Numbered from the stretch's first letter, positions 17,103 through 26,628 are shown. The stretch is DNA of 29,490 nucleotides from an uncultured Deinococcales bacterium (GCA_964244895.1 CAXTKV010000044.1:1-29490); one strand, 5' to 3'. Program-made: numbers and translations. The notes: a model not told the origin generated them from the letters alone.

Positions 17103-17782
17103 ACGGCTTTGAAATCATGACCGCCATCGACGCGGCGCACGCCGCCGTCCTGGAGCACAAAGAAGAGATCGCGTCCCTCGATCAGGCCATCGGTGACGGC
17201 GATCACGTGTTCAACCTCTTGCGCGGTCTCGAGGCCGTGCGCGAGCGACGGGCTGAAATTACCGTTCAGAACGCACCGGACGCCCTGAAGACCGTCGCCA
17301 AGCGGATGCTCGAGACGGTCGGCGGCAGCGCTGGGCCGCTGCTGGCATCCTTGGTGCTGGGCATGTCAAAAAGTGCGGGCGACGGCAGCAATGACGGTGC
17401 GCTCGATTTGCGCGACTTCGCCCGGATGTTCACCAGCGGCGTGGACGCGATGCGGGCGCGAGGCAAGGCCGGGCTGGGCGAAAAGACCATGCTGGACGTG
17501 CTGATTCCGGTGGCTGAAACCCTGAGCCAACAGGCTGAACAGCTCGAGAACGACACCGACCTGAGCCGAGAGCACGGCCTGGCGCGGGCGCTCGAGGCCG
17601 TGAAAGCCCGCGCCGAGAGCGGCATGAAGGGTACGAAAGACATGATCGCCACCAAGGGCCGCGCATCGTTCCTGGGTGAACGGGCGCGGGGCGTGATCGA
17701 CCCCGGCGCGCGCTCCAGCCAGGTCATGATCGAGGCGATCTGTGACATGGTGATGCGACACATGCGGGCCGGAGCGCTATGA
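17099..17782 (+). CDS. dhaL: Dihydroxyacetone kinase-family ADP-binding subunit (DAK2), copy 1
   Basis: LDQAIGDGDH, GEKTMLD, KGRASFLGER, DPGARS. Confidence 0.9.
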   Translation: MNGFEIMTAIDAAHAAVLEHKEEIASLDQAIGDGDHVFNLLRGLEAVRERRAEITVQNAPDALKTVAKRMLETVGGSAGPLLASLVLGMSKSAGDGSNDGALDLRDFARMFTSGVDAMRARGKAGLGEKTMLDVLIPVAETLSQQAEQLENDTDLSREHGLARALEAVKARAESGMKGTKDMIATKGRASFLGERARGVIDPGARSSQVMIEAICDMVMRHMRAGAL

Positions 17783-18768
17783 AAAAATTTCTCAACCGAG
17801 TCGAGACCTTTCTCGAGGACAGCCTGCACGGTTTCGCCGCCGCGCACGCCGATCTGGTCGAGGCGCACTTCGCGCCCACCTTCGTCCAGCGCCGGGTCTT
17901 GCAGCCCGGCAAGGTGGCGCTGATTTCCGGTGGCGGCTCCGGCCACGAACCGTTGCACGCGGGCTTCGTCGGGCGCGGGATGCTGGATGCCGCCTGCCCA
18001 GGTCACGTTTTTACCTCGCCCACGCCGGATCAGATGCTCAAGGCGGGCGAGACGGTGGACACGGGCGCCGGGGTCTTGTTCATCGTCAAGAACTATTCGG
18101 GAGATCTGATGAACTTCGAGATGGCCTCTGAACTGGCGGATTTTCAGAACGCCAGCCTGATCACCAACGACGACGTGGCCGTCGAGAATTCCAGTTTCAC
18201 CACTGGCAGGCGCGGCGTGGCGGGCACGGTGATCGTCGAGAAGGTCGTCGGCAGCCTGGCCGAGACGGGCGCGAACCTGGCGACCTGCCGCGCTTTGGGC
18301 GAGCGCGTCAACGCGCGAACGCGCTCGATGGGCGTGGCGCTCTCCAGTTGCACCGTGCCCGCCGCCGGACGACCGACGTTCGAGTTGGCCGACGACGAGA
18401 TCGAGGTCGGTGTGGGCATCCACGGCGAGGCGGGCCGACGGCGCGACAAGATCCAACCCGCCCGCGCGATTGTCACCGAGCTGATCACTGCCATCGTCGA
18501 CGACCTCGAGCCCGAACGGGACGCGGAGGTGCTGCTTCTGGTCAATGGCCTCGGCGGTACGCCGCTTTCGGAGCTGTATCTGCTTTACGGTGAAGCCAGG
18601 CGGGCGCTCGAGCCGCGCGGCCTGCGGGTGGCGCGGTCGCTGGTCGGGAATTACACGACCGCGCTCGAGATGGCGGGCGCGTCATTGACGGTGTGCCTGC
18701 TCGACGACGAGATCGCGCACCACTGGGATCAGCCCGTGCACACGGCGGCCTTGCGCTGGGGCGTTTGA
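17779..18768 (+). CDS. dhaK: Dihydroxyacetone kinase-family substrate-binding subunit (DAK1)
   Basis: SGGGSGHEP, KNYSGD, GRRGVAGT, GIHGEAG, NGLGGTP. Confidence 0.93.
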   Translation: MKKFLNRVETFLEDSLHGFAAAHADLVEAHFAPTFVQRRVLQPGKVALISGGGSGHEPLHAGFVGRGMLDAACPGHVFTSPTPDQMLKAGETVDTGAGVLFIVKNYSGDLMNFEMASELADFQNASLITNDDVAVENSSFTTGRRGVAGTVIVEKVVGSLAETGANLATCRALGERVNARTRSMGVALSSCTVPAAGRPTFELADDEIEVGVGIHGEAGRRRDKIQPARAIVTELITAIVDDLEPERDAEVLLLVNGLGGTPLSELYLLYGEARRALEPRGLRVARSLVGNYTTALEMAGASLTVCLLDDEIAHHWDQPVHTAALRWGV

Positions 18769-18856
18769 GAATGGTGTTCGCTCGAGCCGCGCGAATCGGT
18801 CTCGTGGGTCTGCTCGCGCCATGTGGACGGGTACGATGGTGGCGGAACCGATCTCG

Positions 18857-18979
18857 ATGAAGACTGACGAAGGTGCAAAACGTGAGAACACCGTCTGGTA
18901 CACGGAATTAAATTTGCGTGCTGGACGGTGTTCTCGAGCAGTGATTCCCAATCTGACCGATACCCACGAGGAACGATGA
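18857..18979 (+). CDS. Bridging mini-ORF (40 aa) across the repeat, coupled to dhaL copy 2
   Basis: MKTDEGAKRENTVWYTELNLRAGRCSRAVIPNLTDTHEER; stop overlaps dhaL start (ATGA 18976-18979); start overlaps the stop of a preceding mini-ORF 18765-18860, which itself overlaps the dhaK stop (TTGA). Confidence 0.33.
   Translation: MKTDEGAKRENTVWYTELNLRAGRCSRAVIPNLTDTHEER
18884..18938. repeat. Palindromic intergenic element, copy 9
   Basis: GAGAACACCGTCTGGTACACG...TGCGTGCTGGACGGTGTTCTCGAG. Confidence 0.9.
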
Positions 18980-19608
18980 CCAACGAAACCATCCGACAAT
19001 GGATTCTGGAGTGCGCCCGGCTGATGCGAGACCGCCAGGCGTACCTGACGCAACTCGACGCGGCCATCGGTGACGCCGACCACGGCTCGAACATGACGCG
19101 AGGCTTCGACGCCGCCGAAGCCAGGCTGGCCGAGATGCCCTCGGACACGACGCCGGGCGCGCTGCTGGTGATGGTCGGGCAAACCCTCGTCTCGAGCATC
19201 GGCGGGGCGAGCGGGCCGATCTGGGGTTCCGTCTTCCGGCGGGCGGGCAAGACCCTGGGCGAAGGGGCGCAGATCACCCAGGCGCTGTTCGTCGAGGCGC
19301 TCGACAAGGGTCTGGTGGCCGTGATGGAACTCGGGGCCGCAGAACCCGGCGATAAGACGATGGTGGACGCGCTCTCGCCCGCCGTGGATGCCCTGAAAAG
19401 CGCGTTGCAACAGGGCGCGCCGCTCGAGCAGGCCGTCACGGACGCGCGCGAGGCCGCGAACCGTGGGGCGCTCGAGACCGTGCCGATGGTCGCCCGCAAG
19501 GGCCGCGCCTCGTACCTGGGCGAGCGCTCGGTCGGTCACCAGGATCCCGGCGCGACCTCGACGGCGCTGATCGTGGCGGCGCTCGAGTTGGCCGTCAAGG
19601 GCGGCTGA
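18976..19608 (+). CDS. dhaL: Dihydroxyacetone kinase-family ADP-binding subunit (DAK2), copy 2
   Basis: RBS GAGGA; LDAAIGDADH, GDKTMVD, KGRASYLGER, DPGATS. Confidence 0.92.
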   Translation: MTNETIRQWILECARLMRDRQAYLTQLDAAIGDADHGSNMTRGFDAAEARLAEMPSDTTPGALLVMVGQTLVSSIGGASGPIWGSVFRRAGKTLGEGAQITQALFVEALDKGLVAVMELGAAEPGDKTMVDALSPAVDALKSALQQGAPLEQAVTDAREAANRGALETVPMVARKGRASYLGERSVGHQDPGATSTALIVAALELAVKGG

Positions 19609-19611
19609 GGC

Positions 19612-20370
19612 GTGAGCATCCAGTCGGTCGAACGGGCGGTCAGCATCTTGCGCGTCCTCGCCGCCAGCTCCAGACGCCTCAGCCTGGCCGAGGTCGCCGC
19701 GCCGCTCGGGCTGGCCAAAACGACCGTCTTCGGATTGCTGAAAACCCTGCACGAGCAGGGCTTCGTGGAACAGGACGCGGAAAGCGGCAAGTACCAGGTC
19801 GGCCACGCGCTCCTGGAACTCGGCTCGCGCTACCTGGATGCCAACGAACTGCGGCGGCGATCCCTCGTCTGGTCGGATCTGCTCGCGCAGCGCAGCGGCG
19901 AATCCGTGCGCGTCGGTGCGCTGCGCGCGGGCAGCGCGCTGATCGTGCATCACGTCTTCAGGCCGGACACGACCATGCAGGTTCTCGAGGTCGGCACGAA
20001 CCGCCCGTTGCACGCCACCGCCATCGGTAAGGCTTTACTGGCGCACCATCCGGGCGTGTTGCAGGATCTGCGCGACGACCAGCTGGCCCGATTGACGCAG
20101 CACACGCTGACGCGGCGCACGGAAATTCAAGCTCACCTGCAACTGGTGCTCGAGCAGGGCTACGCCACCGAGCGCGAGGAGGCCGTGCTGGCCGAGGCGG
20201 GTCTGGCCGCGCCGATCTTCGATCACCAGGGCGCGGTGGTCGGCGCGATCGGCATCAACGGCTCCTTGGACACGCTCTACCGCAAACGCGAGCCCCGCCG
20301 CGACCTGATCGATCTGGTCTGCGAGGCCGCCAGAAACATCTCGCGCGAACTGGTCAGCGGGCGCGTGTGA
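19612..20370 (+). CDS. IclR-family transcriptional regulator (GylR-like)
   Basis: IQSVERAVSIL N-terminal HTH, LHATAIGKALLA, LAAPIFD. Confidence 0.93.
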   Translation: MSIQSVERAVSILRVLAASSRRLSLAEVAAPLGLAKTTVFGLLKTLHEQGFVEQDAESGKYQVGHALLELGSRYLDANELRRRSLVWSDLLAQRSGESVRVGALRAGSALIVHHVFRPDTTMQVLEVGTNRPLHATAIGKALLAHHPGVLQDLRDDQLARLTQHTLTRRTEIQAHLQLVLEQGYATEREEAVLAEAGLAAPIFDHQGAVVGAIGINGSLDTLYRKREPRRDLIDLVCEAARNISRELVSGRV

Positions 20371-20586
20371 TGGACGTTGTGCGAACGCGAAGCTCGTCCG
20401 AGCCATCGTGATGCTGGTGTAGGCGCGAATTTCATGTTCGCCCTCGAGTGGTCACGATTCCTCGAGATGGAGCGTACAGCACAGGAGTTTCTCGAGATCG
20501 CGCCAGACTTTCGCGGGCGCTTCAGCGCCTTCGAGCCCGTTCGATCCCGGCTGTAAAGCCCGCCGTCTCGAGCGTCGCATCGATCC

Positions 20587-20634
20587 AAAGACCGTCCAGG
20601 ACGACATCATTTATTTGCGTCCGGAACGATCTTT
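20587..20634. repeat. Palindromic intergenic element, copy 10
   Basis: AAAGACCGTCCAGGACG...CGTCCGGAACGATCTTT. Confidence 0.75.
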
Positions 20635-20839
20635 ACTTATCGGATGAGCGGCTTGCGACGCGTGCGCCGCGACAGAAACAGTGCCATCACCCGGCGGCCA
20701 CGACTCGATCAAACCGTTTCGCACTCTTCAGGATCGTCTCGAACGGCGCACCGTCCCGCCACAGGTGGCGCACCCCTACACCTGTCCGCGACTCCCCTCG
20801 AGGCTGGGCGAACCTCCAGCCCGACAGCGGTTTTGCGCC

Positions 20840-21835
20840 CTAGCTCGCCGCAGCGGGCACGCGTTCGGGCATGCGGAACTCGATGTCCTCGGGCTCGCCT
20901 TCCTCGATCACGCGAAGGTTCGGATTGCGCGCCCGGAAGAACGCCACGATCTCCTGCACCAGATCGTCCGGTGTGCTGGCGGCGCTGGTCACGCCGACCG
21001 ATTCGATGCCCTCGAGCCACGCGTCCTGGATGTCGCGCACGCTCTCGATCCGGTGCGCGCGCGGCGTGATCTCTTCAGCCAGTTCCACCAGGCGCATGCC
21101 GTTGGAGGAATAGTTGCTCGAGACGACCAGAAACAAGTCAACCTTCGGTGCGATCTGTTTGACCGCCGCCTGACGGTTCTTGGTGGCGTAGCACAGGTCT
21201 GAACGCCCCGGCACGGTCAGCAGCGGGAAGCGCTGGCGCAGCACGTCGACTGTCTTGTCGGTGTCGTCCACCGACAGGGTCGTCTGGGTCAGCACGATGA
21301 TCTTTTCCGGGTCGGGAACCTCGACGGTGTGCGGGTCGTGCATGGCGGGATCATTCTTGCGGTTGCCCAGCACGTTGACCAGGATGGTTCGGTCTGGCGC
21401 TTCCCCGAGCGTGCCAATGACCTCCTGGTGCGTGCTGGAATCGCCGATCAAGAGAATCCAGTAGCCCGACGCGGCGTAGCGTTTGGCCTCCGTGTGAACT
21501 TTCGTGACCAGCGGACAGGTCGCGTCCACCGTCGCCAGACCGCGCCTGGCCGCCTCGGTGCGCACGGTCGGCGAGATGCCGTGCGCGCTGAACACGACCG
21601 TCTGGCCGGTTCCAGTCAAACCGTCCAGTTCCGCCATGTCCTCGATGAATTGCACGCCGTGATCGTTCTCCAGGCGCTTGACGACCGTGTCGTTGTGGAC
21701 GATGGCGTGGTACGCGATCAGATCGCCCTCGTTGCGCGTCCGGTTTTCCGTGGCCGCGATTTTCACGGCGTCGATGGCCATCACCACGCCCGCGCAGAAA
21801 CCTCTGGGTTGGGCGAGATACACGCGTTCGATCAT
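20840..21835 (-). CDS. ispH: 4-hydroxy-3-methylbut-2-enyl diphosphate reductase
   Basis: [44 protein letters not shown]; three Fe-S cysteines. Confidence 0.97.
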   Translation of the reverse strand: MIERVYLAQPRGFCAGVVMAIDAVKIAATENRTRNEGDLIAYHAIVHNDTVVKRLENDHGVQFIEDMAELDGLTGTGQTVVFSAHGISPTVRTEAARRGLATVDATCPLVTKVHTEAKRYAASGYWILLIGDSSTHQEVIGTLGEAPDRTILVNVLGNRKNDPAMHDPHTVEVPDPEKIIVLTQTTLSVDDTDKTVDVLRQRFPLLTVPGRSDLCYATKNRQAAVKQIAPKVDLFLVVSSNYSSNGMRLVELAEEITPRAHRIESVRDIQDAWLEGIESVGVTSAASTPDDLVQEIVAFFRARNPNLRVIEEGEPEDIEFRMPERVPAAAS

Positions 21836-21841
21836 GCGCCG

Positions 21842-21847
21842 ATTCTA
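21842..21847 (-). promoter_or_regulatory. -10 box implying a leaderless ispH transcript
   Basis: TAGAAT 6 nt before the ATG at 21835. Confidence 0.65.
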
Positions 21848-21903
21848 CCCGCTCCCGCGCGGGACAATTCGGTTTGAAGGATCAATCGCGCTCGGGGCGA
21901 TAG

Positions 21904-21936
21904 CTCGAAAAATGCGTCCAGGACGGTACCCTCGAG
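21904..21936. repeat. Half or degenerate copy of the palindromic element
   Basis: CTCGAAAAATGCGTCCAGGACGGTACCCTCGAG. Confidence 0.5.
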
Positions 21937-22026
21937 AATGCTCGCTTTTGGTTCGCGCGTTCGGGTTTTCGTCGTCAGCGCGCCCCGAGTCCTCAGGATG
22001 CCACGCCCGAGCCGGGATCGACTGAA

Positions 22027-24405
22027 TTACAATCGGAAGCGCCGCAGCGCGAGTTCCACGATCAAAGCCAGCGCGCCCAGCACGGCCAGCCACGGCGCGA
22101 GCGGCGAGCGGCTGGCCGCCCGAGCGGGAACGTAGCCGTCCAGGTTCTCGAGGACGCGTCCGCCGGAAGCCTCGGCGATGGCGCGAAGCTGATCGAGCCC
22201 GCCGTCGGTGGACAGCTCGCGGTGATCGGGTTCGAGCCGCGTTCTGGCCAGCACCTCGCCCGCGCGCGTCAAGATCAGGTTGCCGCTCGCGCCTGCGGGC
22301 AGGGCGGCCTCGTAGCGTCCGGGTGCGGTCTGGGTCATCTCCAGGCGGCTCGCTCCGACGCGCAACTCGAAGCGCTCGCCGTTGACGTACTGATTGGCCG
22401 TAACCGCGTCCACGACGGCGTTTCGACCATCCGGGCTGAGGCTCAGGTTGTACGGTGCGGGCGCAGTCTCGAGCCAGCGCGTGACCGTTCCAAGCAACGC
22501 CGCGAGATCGGGCCAGCGCGTGAAATCGTCCGCGCGGTTCAGGTCAGCCGTCAGCGCGGCGGTGCGGCCCAAACCCTTGCGGGTCACGGCCAGCACGGGT
22601 TCGCCGTCCAGACCGATCAATATCGGCTCGCCCGTCTCGCGCAGGGTCGTGGCGATATAAGAGGTCAACGTCGGCGTCCTGCTCGAGACCGCGCCCGAGA
22701 GCGGGTGACGGATCAGTCTGGGGCGGACGGGTTCGGTGCGCACCAGCGCGCGCGTCGCCGTCAGGGCTTCGGTCGTGAAGATGCGCGGCAGCGTGTCCGC
22801 ATCCAGCGCCGCGTAGTAGCGCCCGCCACCCGCGCCCGCGATGGCCTTCAGGCGCGGCCCGTCCGCGTCGCTGCCGACCCCGATGGCGGAAGTCGTGATC
22901 CCGGCGGCCTTGGCGGTCTGCGCCATGCCCGCGAAATCCGGGGCTTTGGCGTTCGATCCGAACGGCGTCTGATCGTCCGCCAGTTGCCCGTCGGTCAGCA
23001 AGATGATGTGCTTGATGGCGGCTTTCGTGTCCCGCAGCGCCTGGATCGCCTCGCGGTAGGCGGGCTCGAGGATCGTGCCACCGTTCGATTCGATGCCCGC
23101 CACGGCGCGCACCATCTGCAATTTGTTGCTTTCCGTCGCTCGGGTCGGTTTGAAGATCCACTGCGCGGAATCCGAGAACGTCACCAAGCCCAACTGGTCG
23201 CGGTCGTTGGCCAGTTCGATCACGTTGCTGACGCCCTCTATGGCCAGACCCAATTTGCTGCCGCCGCTGACGCCGCCCGCGCCCTGCATCGAGAGCGAAC
23301 GGTCCACGATCATCACCATCGCCACCAACGGCACGTCGACGCGCGTGCGCAAATCGGACGCGACCGGCAGCGTGCCATCCACCGGTGTGCGCGACCAGCC
23401 GCCCATGCCGAAGGATTTCGGGCCGCCTGTCAGCATCAGCCCGCCCCCTTCCTGGACGTAACTTTCCAGGAGCTGCAACTGCCCCAGGCTGAAATCCGTG
23501 GCGGCGGCCCGCACCACCACGGCTTGCGGGCTGAAGGGTTCAGTCACGTCTTTGGGCGCGCCCTCGCGCACCTTGAAGCCCTGGGCGCGCAGCAATCGCG
23601 CGGCGGCGGGATCGCCGATCACCAGCACGCTGGCGGCGGCGCTGGATCGAAGGGACAGCGCGCGGCTGTCGTCGAGGGTCGGCTGATCGTAGTCCACGGT
23701 GACGCGCACCTCGAGTTCGATGTTCTCGCTGGGCGACCCGGTCGGCACGACGAATTCGACCGGCAAACTCGAACGTCCTGCGGGCAGTTCCACGGTGCGC
23801 GGTGGCAACGGACGAGAGTTCAGGCTGGGCAGCAGCCGCACCCGAGCCGCGCGCGTGGTTTCGATGACTGCCTGGGCGCGCACCGTGCCGCCGGGTTGCA
23901 CGCTGGTCGGCGCGATCAATTCCGCCACGCGAGCGTTCTCGCGTGGTTTCAGGACCAGCACGTCCACGGCCACGTCGGGCAACGCCGCCAGCGCGTCACC
24001 CGTGATCGCGTTGCCGTCAGAGACGAGCAGAATTCGGCTGGGCCGGTACGCGCCCGCCACCTGAAGGGCGTTCCTGAGGTCGGTTCGATCCGTCTCGAGC
24101 GCGGCGCGATCCGTGCCTGCCTCGCCGGTGCGACCCGCGAACTCGAGGCGGCGCGCGGCGCTCAGCGTGGACAATCCCGCCGGAGCCGCGCTGGCCGAAT
24201 CGGACACGTCCGTCAGGATCACCAAGCCCGGTTGGGCGCGTTCCAGGTTCGGGCTGGCTGCGGCCAACCCGAGCAGCACCAGCGCCAGCACCCGCCAGCG
24301 CGCGATGGCGCTCGAGACGACGCGACCCCGGCTGAGAACGAGCGCGAGCACCAGCCCGATCACGGTCAGTCCCACGATCCACGGTTGCTCGAACGTCAGG
24401 TTCAC
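22027..24405 (-). CDS. Membrane-anchored VWA-domain protein with a glutamine amidotransferase-like central domain
   Basis: N- and C-terminal TM helices; MIDAS motifs DVSDS and DRSLS, GGT, LLTDG; YVQEGGGLMLTGGPKSFG; RBS GGAGG. Confidence 0.88.
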   Translation of the reverse strand: MNLTFEQPWIVGLTVIGLVLALVLSRGRVVSSAIARWRVLALVLLGLAAASPNLERAQPGLVILTDVSDSASAAPAGLSTLSAARRLEFAGRTGEAGTDRAALETDRTDLRNALQVAGAYRPSRILLVSDGNAITGDALAALPDVAVDVLVLKPRENARVAELIAPTSVQPGGTVRAQAVIETTRAARVRLLPSLNSRPLPPRTVELPAGRSSLPVEFVVPTGSPSENIELEVRVTVDYDQPTLDDSRALSLRSSAAASVLVIGDPAAARLLRAQGFKVREGAPKDVTEPFSPQAVVVRAAATDFSLGQLQLLESYVQEGGGLMLTGGPKSFGMGGWSRTPVDGTLPVASDLRTRVDVPLVAMVMIVDRSLSMQGAGGVSGGSKLGLAIEGVSNVIELANDRDQLGLVTFSDSAQWIFKPTRATESNKLQMVRAVAGIESNGGTILEPAYREAIQALRDTKAAIKHIILLTDGQLADDQTPFGSNAKAPDFAGMAQTAKAAGITTSAIGVGSDADGPRLKAIAGAGGGRYYAALDADTLPRIFTTEALTATRALVRTEPVRPRLIRHPLSGAVSSRTPTLTSYIATTLRETGEPILIGLDGEPVLAVTRKGLGRTAALTADLNRADDFTRWPDLAALLGTVTRWLETAPAPYNLSLSPDGRNAVVDAVTANQYVNGERFELRVGASRLEMTQTAPGRYEAALPAGASGNLILTRAGEVLARTRLEPDHRELSTDGGLDQLRAIAEASGGRVLENLDGYVPARAASRSPLAPWLAVLGALALIVELALRRFRL

Positions 24406-24638
24406 GCGACCCTCCGGTCAACGCATCGTAGATCAAGGGAGGCTTCCCGAGCGGTTCGGGGCTCACGTTCGGTATCGCTCGCCCGAGATGGAGCGGCGCT
24501 TTCAACCCGCGACCCCGAGTCGGTTCGCGTTGCGTCCCACGAAAGAGAGTCTGGAGGAGCAGGGTGTTTCTCGAGAACACCGTCCTGCACACATATTGTG
24601 AATAGCGTGCGGGACGGTGTTCCCTGAATCCTGCTCAC
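24402..24638 (-). CDS. Bridging mini-ORF (78 aa) between the two VWA genes
   Basis: GTG at 24638 overlaps the upstream stop (GTGA) and its TGA overlaps the downstream GTG at 24405 (GTGA); reads through the repeat without a stop. Confidence 0.35.
   Translation of the reverse strand: MSRIQGTPSRTLFTICVQDGVLEKHPAPPDSLSWDATRTDSGSRVESAAPSRASDTEREPRTAREASLDLRCVDRRVA
24570..24623. repeat. Palindromic intergenic element, copy 11
   Basis: CTCGAGAACACCGTCCTGCAC...GTGCGGGACGGTGTTCC. Confidence 0.9.
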
Positions 24639-26329
24639 GCCGTCCGCCGCTCGAAGACGCCACCGAAACGCCCGCCGCCGCGCAAGTACGATTCGGCCAG
24701 CAGCGCCAAGAGCGCCAAGAGCAGCAACACGGCCCGCCACGGGGATTCTGCGGGTGGGGCACTGGACACGGTATCGGGTGCGTCCCTGCCGAGGCGCTGC
24801 ACACCGCTCGCGCCGACCGCAAAACGCGTCTGACCGCTCGAGGCGAGGTTGGCGGCGAAGGTGCGTCCGCCGACCGCGTACACGCCGGGCAGCAGGGCGC
24901 GCGTCAGTCCGGGCGCATCCCGACCGTCGAAGCTGACCTGGGCATCCGGCAGCCTCGAGCCGAGCGGCAGGTTGGGCACGCTGATGAACTCCGACATCGC
25001 GTTGAAGATTGCGACCGGAAAGGCCGGGCTGGATCGCAGGTCGGAATCCAACGGGTGCGCCGCAATGTAAATGGCGCGCACGCCGGGGCCATCGCCGCGC
25101 AAAATCAGGGCTTTCTGACCGGCTCGAGCCAGCACCGACCAGCTTCCGCCCGGAATTTCGGGCGGCGGCACGTCGGACACGTGGGCGCGAACGCCTTCCA
25201 GGTTGGCGAAACGCAACCAGCTCGACGCCGCGTCCCAGCTGGAGACGGTTTCCAGCGGCGCGGGTTTCTGTCCGGCCTTCGGGTTCGGTGAAAGCGGCGC
25301 AAAGATCAGGTACTGCCCCGCCGGGAGCGCTCTGGGCACGCTGCCGACCAGGATGATCGCGTCGAAACCCGCGCTGGTGGCGGGCGGTACGGTCTGCGTG
25401 GCGGCGCGCACGAATGGCACGCTGGCAACGGCGCGCAGCACGTCGTCCTGCGGTGGGCTGACCAGCACCCGTCCCGAACCGACCACGGCGACGGCGGTGT
25501 CGTCGAGCGCCAGCGCGTCGTCGCCCGTCAGTTTCGCGCGGTACTCGCCGGGCAGCAGCGAGATTTTCGGCGTCCAGACGGCGCGACCACCGCCGGGAAC
25601 GCTCAACTTCTGGCTGGCGATCTCGCGCCCGTCGCGCTCGAGGCGCACGCTGACCGTTTGCGGCCCCGTGCCGTTCGATTCGATGGCGGCGAACAGCTGA
25701 GAACCGCGCACCTGAAAGGCGGTCAACCCGACGTTCCTGCCGTTGCCGCGCACTATGTGCAGCACGCCGCGCGAATCGCTGGGCGCGTCCTGATCGGTGT
25801 AGATGTGCAACTCCGCCCTGGGCGCGAGCGATCTGGCCAGACTGATGGCCGCCTCGAGGTCCGCGCTCGAGTCGCCGGGTGAGAGGTTCTCGAGGGCGCG
25901 CCTGAATTCGGATGGGTCGCTCGAGTTGGCCGCGACCGTGGCGGCCAGCCCCGCGCGCACGACCGTGGCGCGCCTCGCGCCAGCCACCAGCGCGATCGCC
26001 CCCTGCCGCGCGACCTCGAAACGGGACGGTTTGAGGTCCGTGGCTCCCATGCTCCCGCCCGCGTCGATCACCACCGCCACCTCGCGCCCGAGCCCGTCCA
26101 ATCGCGGTCCCGCCGCCCCCAAGCTGGCGGCGCTGACCGTCAAAAGTTGCAGGAACAGCAACCAGGTCGGTGAAAAACGCGCGCGCCGGGAGGGCGCTTC
26201 CTCGCCGGGCCACAACCACAACGCGCTGACGGTGCGCGTGCGTCTGGCGCGCCGGACGAAGTGCAGCGCGATCACGACCGGAACCAGCAGCAGTCCCAGC
26301 AAGAACAACGGTGCGGCGAAGGCGAGCAT
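24635..26329 (-). CDS. BatA N-terminal / VWA-like membrane protein
   Basis: FAAPLFLLGLLLVPVVIALHF...VSALWLW...LLFLQLL BatA-type N-terminus; VVIDAGGSM, SRFE, YTD; C-terminal TM helix. Confidence 0.85.
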   Translation of the reverse strand: MLAFAAPLFLLGLLLVPVVIALHFVRRARRTRTVSALWLWPGEEAPSRRARFSPTWLLFLQLLTVSAASLGAAGPRLDGLGREVAVVIDAGGSMGATDLKPSRFEVARQGAIALVAGARRATVVRAGLAATVAANSSDPSEFRRALENLSPGDSSADLEAAISLARSLAPRAELHIYTDQDAPSDSRGVLHIVRGNGRNVGLTAFQVRGSQLFAAIESNGTGPQTVSVRLERDGREIASQKLSVPGGGRAVWTPKISLLPGEYRAKLTGDDALALDDTAVAVVGSGRVLVSPPQDDVLRAVASVPFVRAATQTVPPATSAGFDAIILVGSVPRALPAGQYLIFAPLSPNPKAGQKPAPLETVSSWDAASSWLRFANLEGVRAHVSDVPPPEIPGGSWSVLARAGQKALILRGDGPGVRAIYIAAHPLDSDLRSSPAFPVAIFNAMSEFISVPNLPLGSRLPDAQVSFDGRDAPGLTRALLPGVYAVGGRTFAANLASSGQTRFAVGASGVQRLGRDAPDTVSSAPPAESPWRAVLLLLALLALLAESYLRGGGRFGGVFERRTA

Positions 26330-26423
26330 CTTTGCCCATCATCGCGCGAAAATGCGCTCCTGTCATGACAGAAGCGTGTCACGCCGTGAAGGTGGTCAAA
26401 AATGGAATCTCCATTTCAAACAA

Positions 26424-26477
26424 AGACCGTCCAGCAGACACTTTCTTGACGCTCGAGAATTGCGTGCTGGACGGTCT
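26424..26477. repeat. Palindromic intergenic element, copy 12
   Basis: AGACCGTCCAGCA...TGCTGGACGGTCT, 13-bp perfect arms; lies between divergent genes. Confidence 0.88.
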
Positions 26478-26628
26478 CGTCTGAAGTTCTCGAAGTTTTA
26501 GAGCGCGCCTGACGCTGCTTAACTGACCGCTCGAGACTGGCTCGTCGAGACTTCATTTGCGTGTCGGTTTCGGCCCCGTTTCGCTCTGGTGCGCGATATC
26601 ATTCTCTGGCGTAGGCTCGAGGACACCT

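Noticed and set aside
24402..26366. 654-aa minus-strand ORF overlapping the BatA/VWA gene
   Set aside because: Out-of-frame shadow with low-complexity composition; only its last 78 codons (from GTG 24638) are considered, as a bridging ORF
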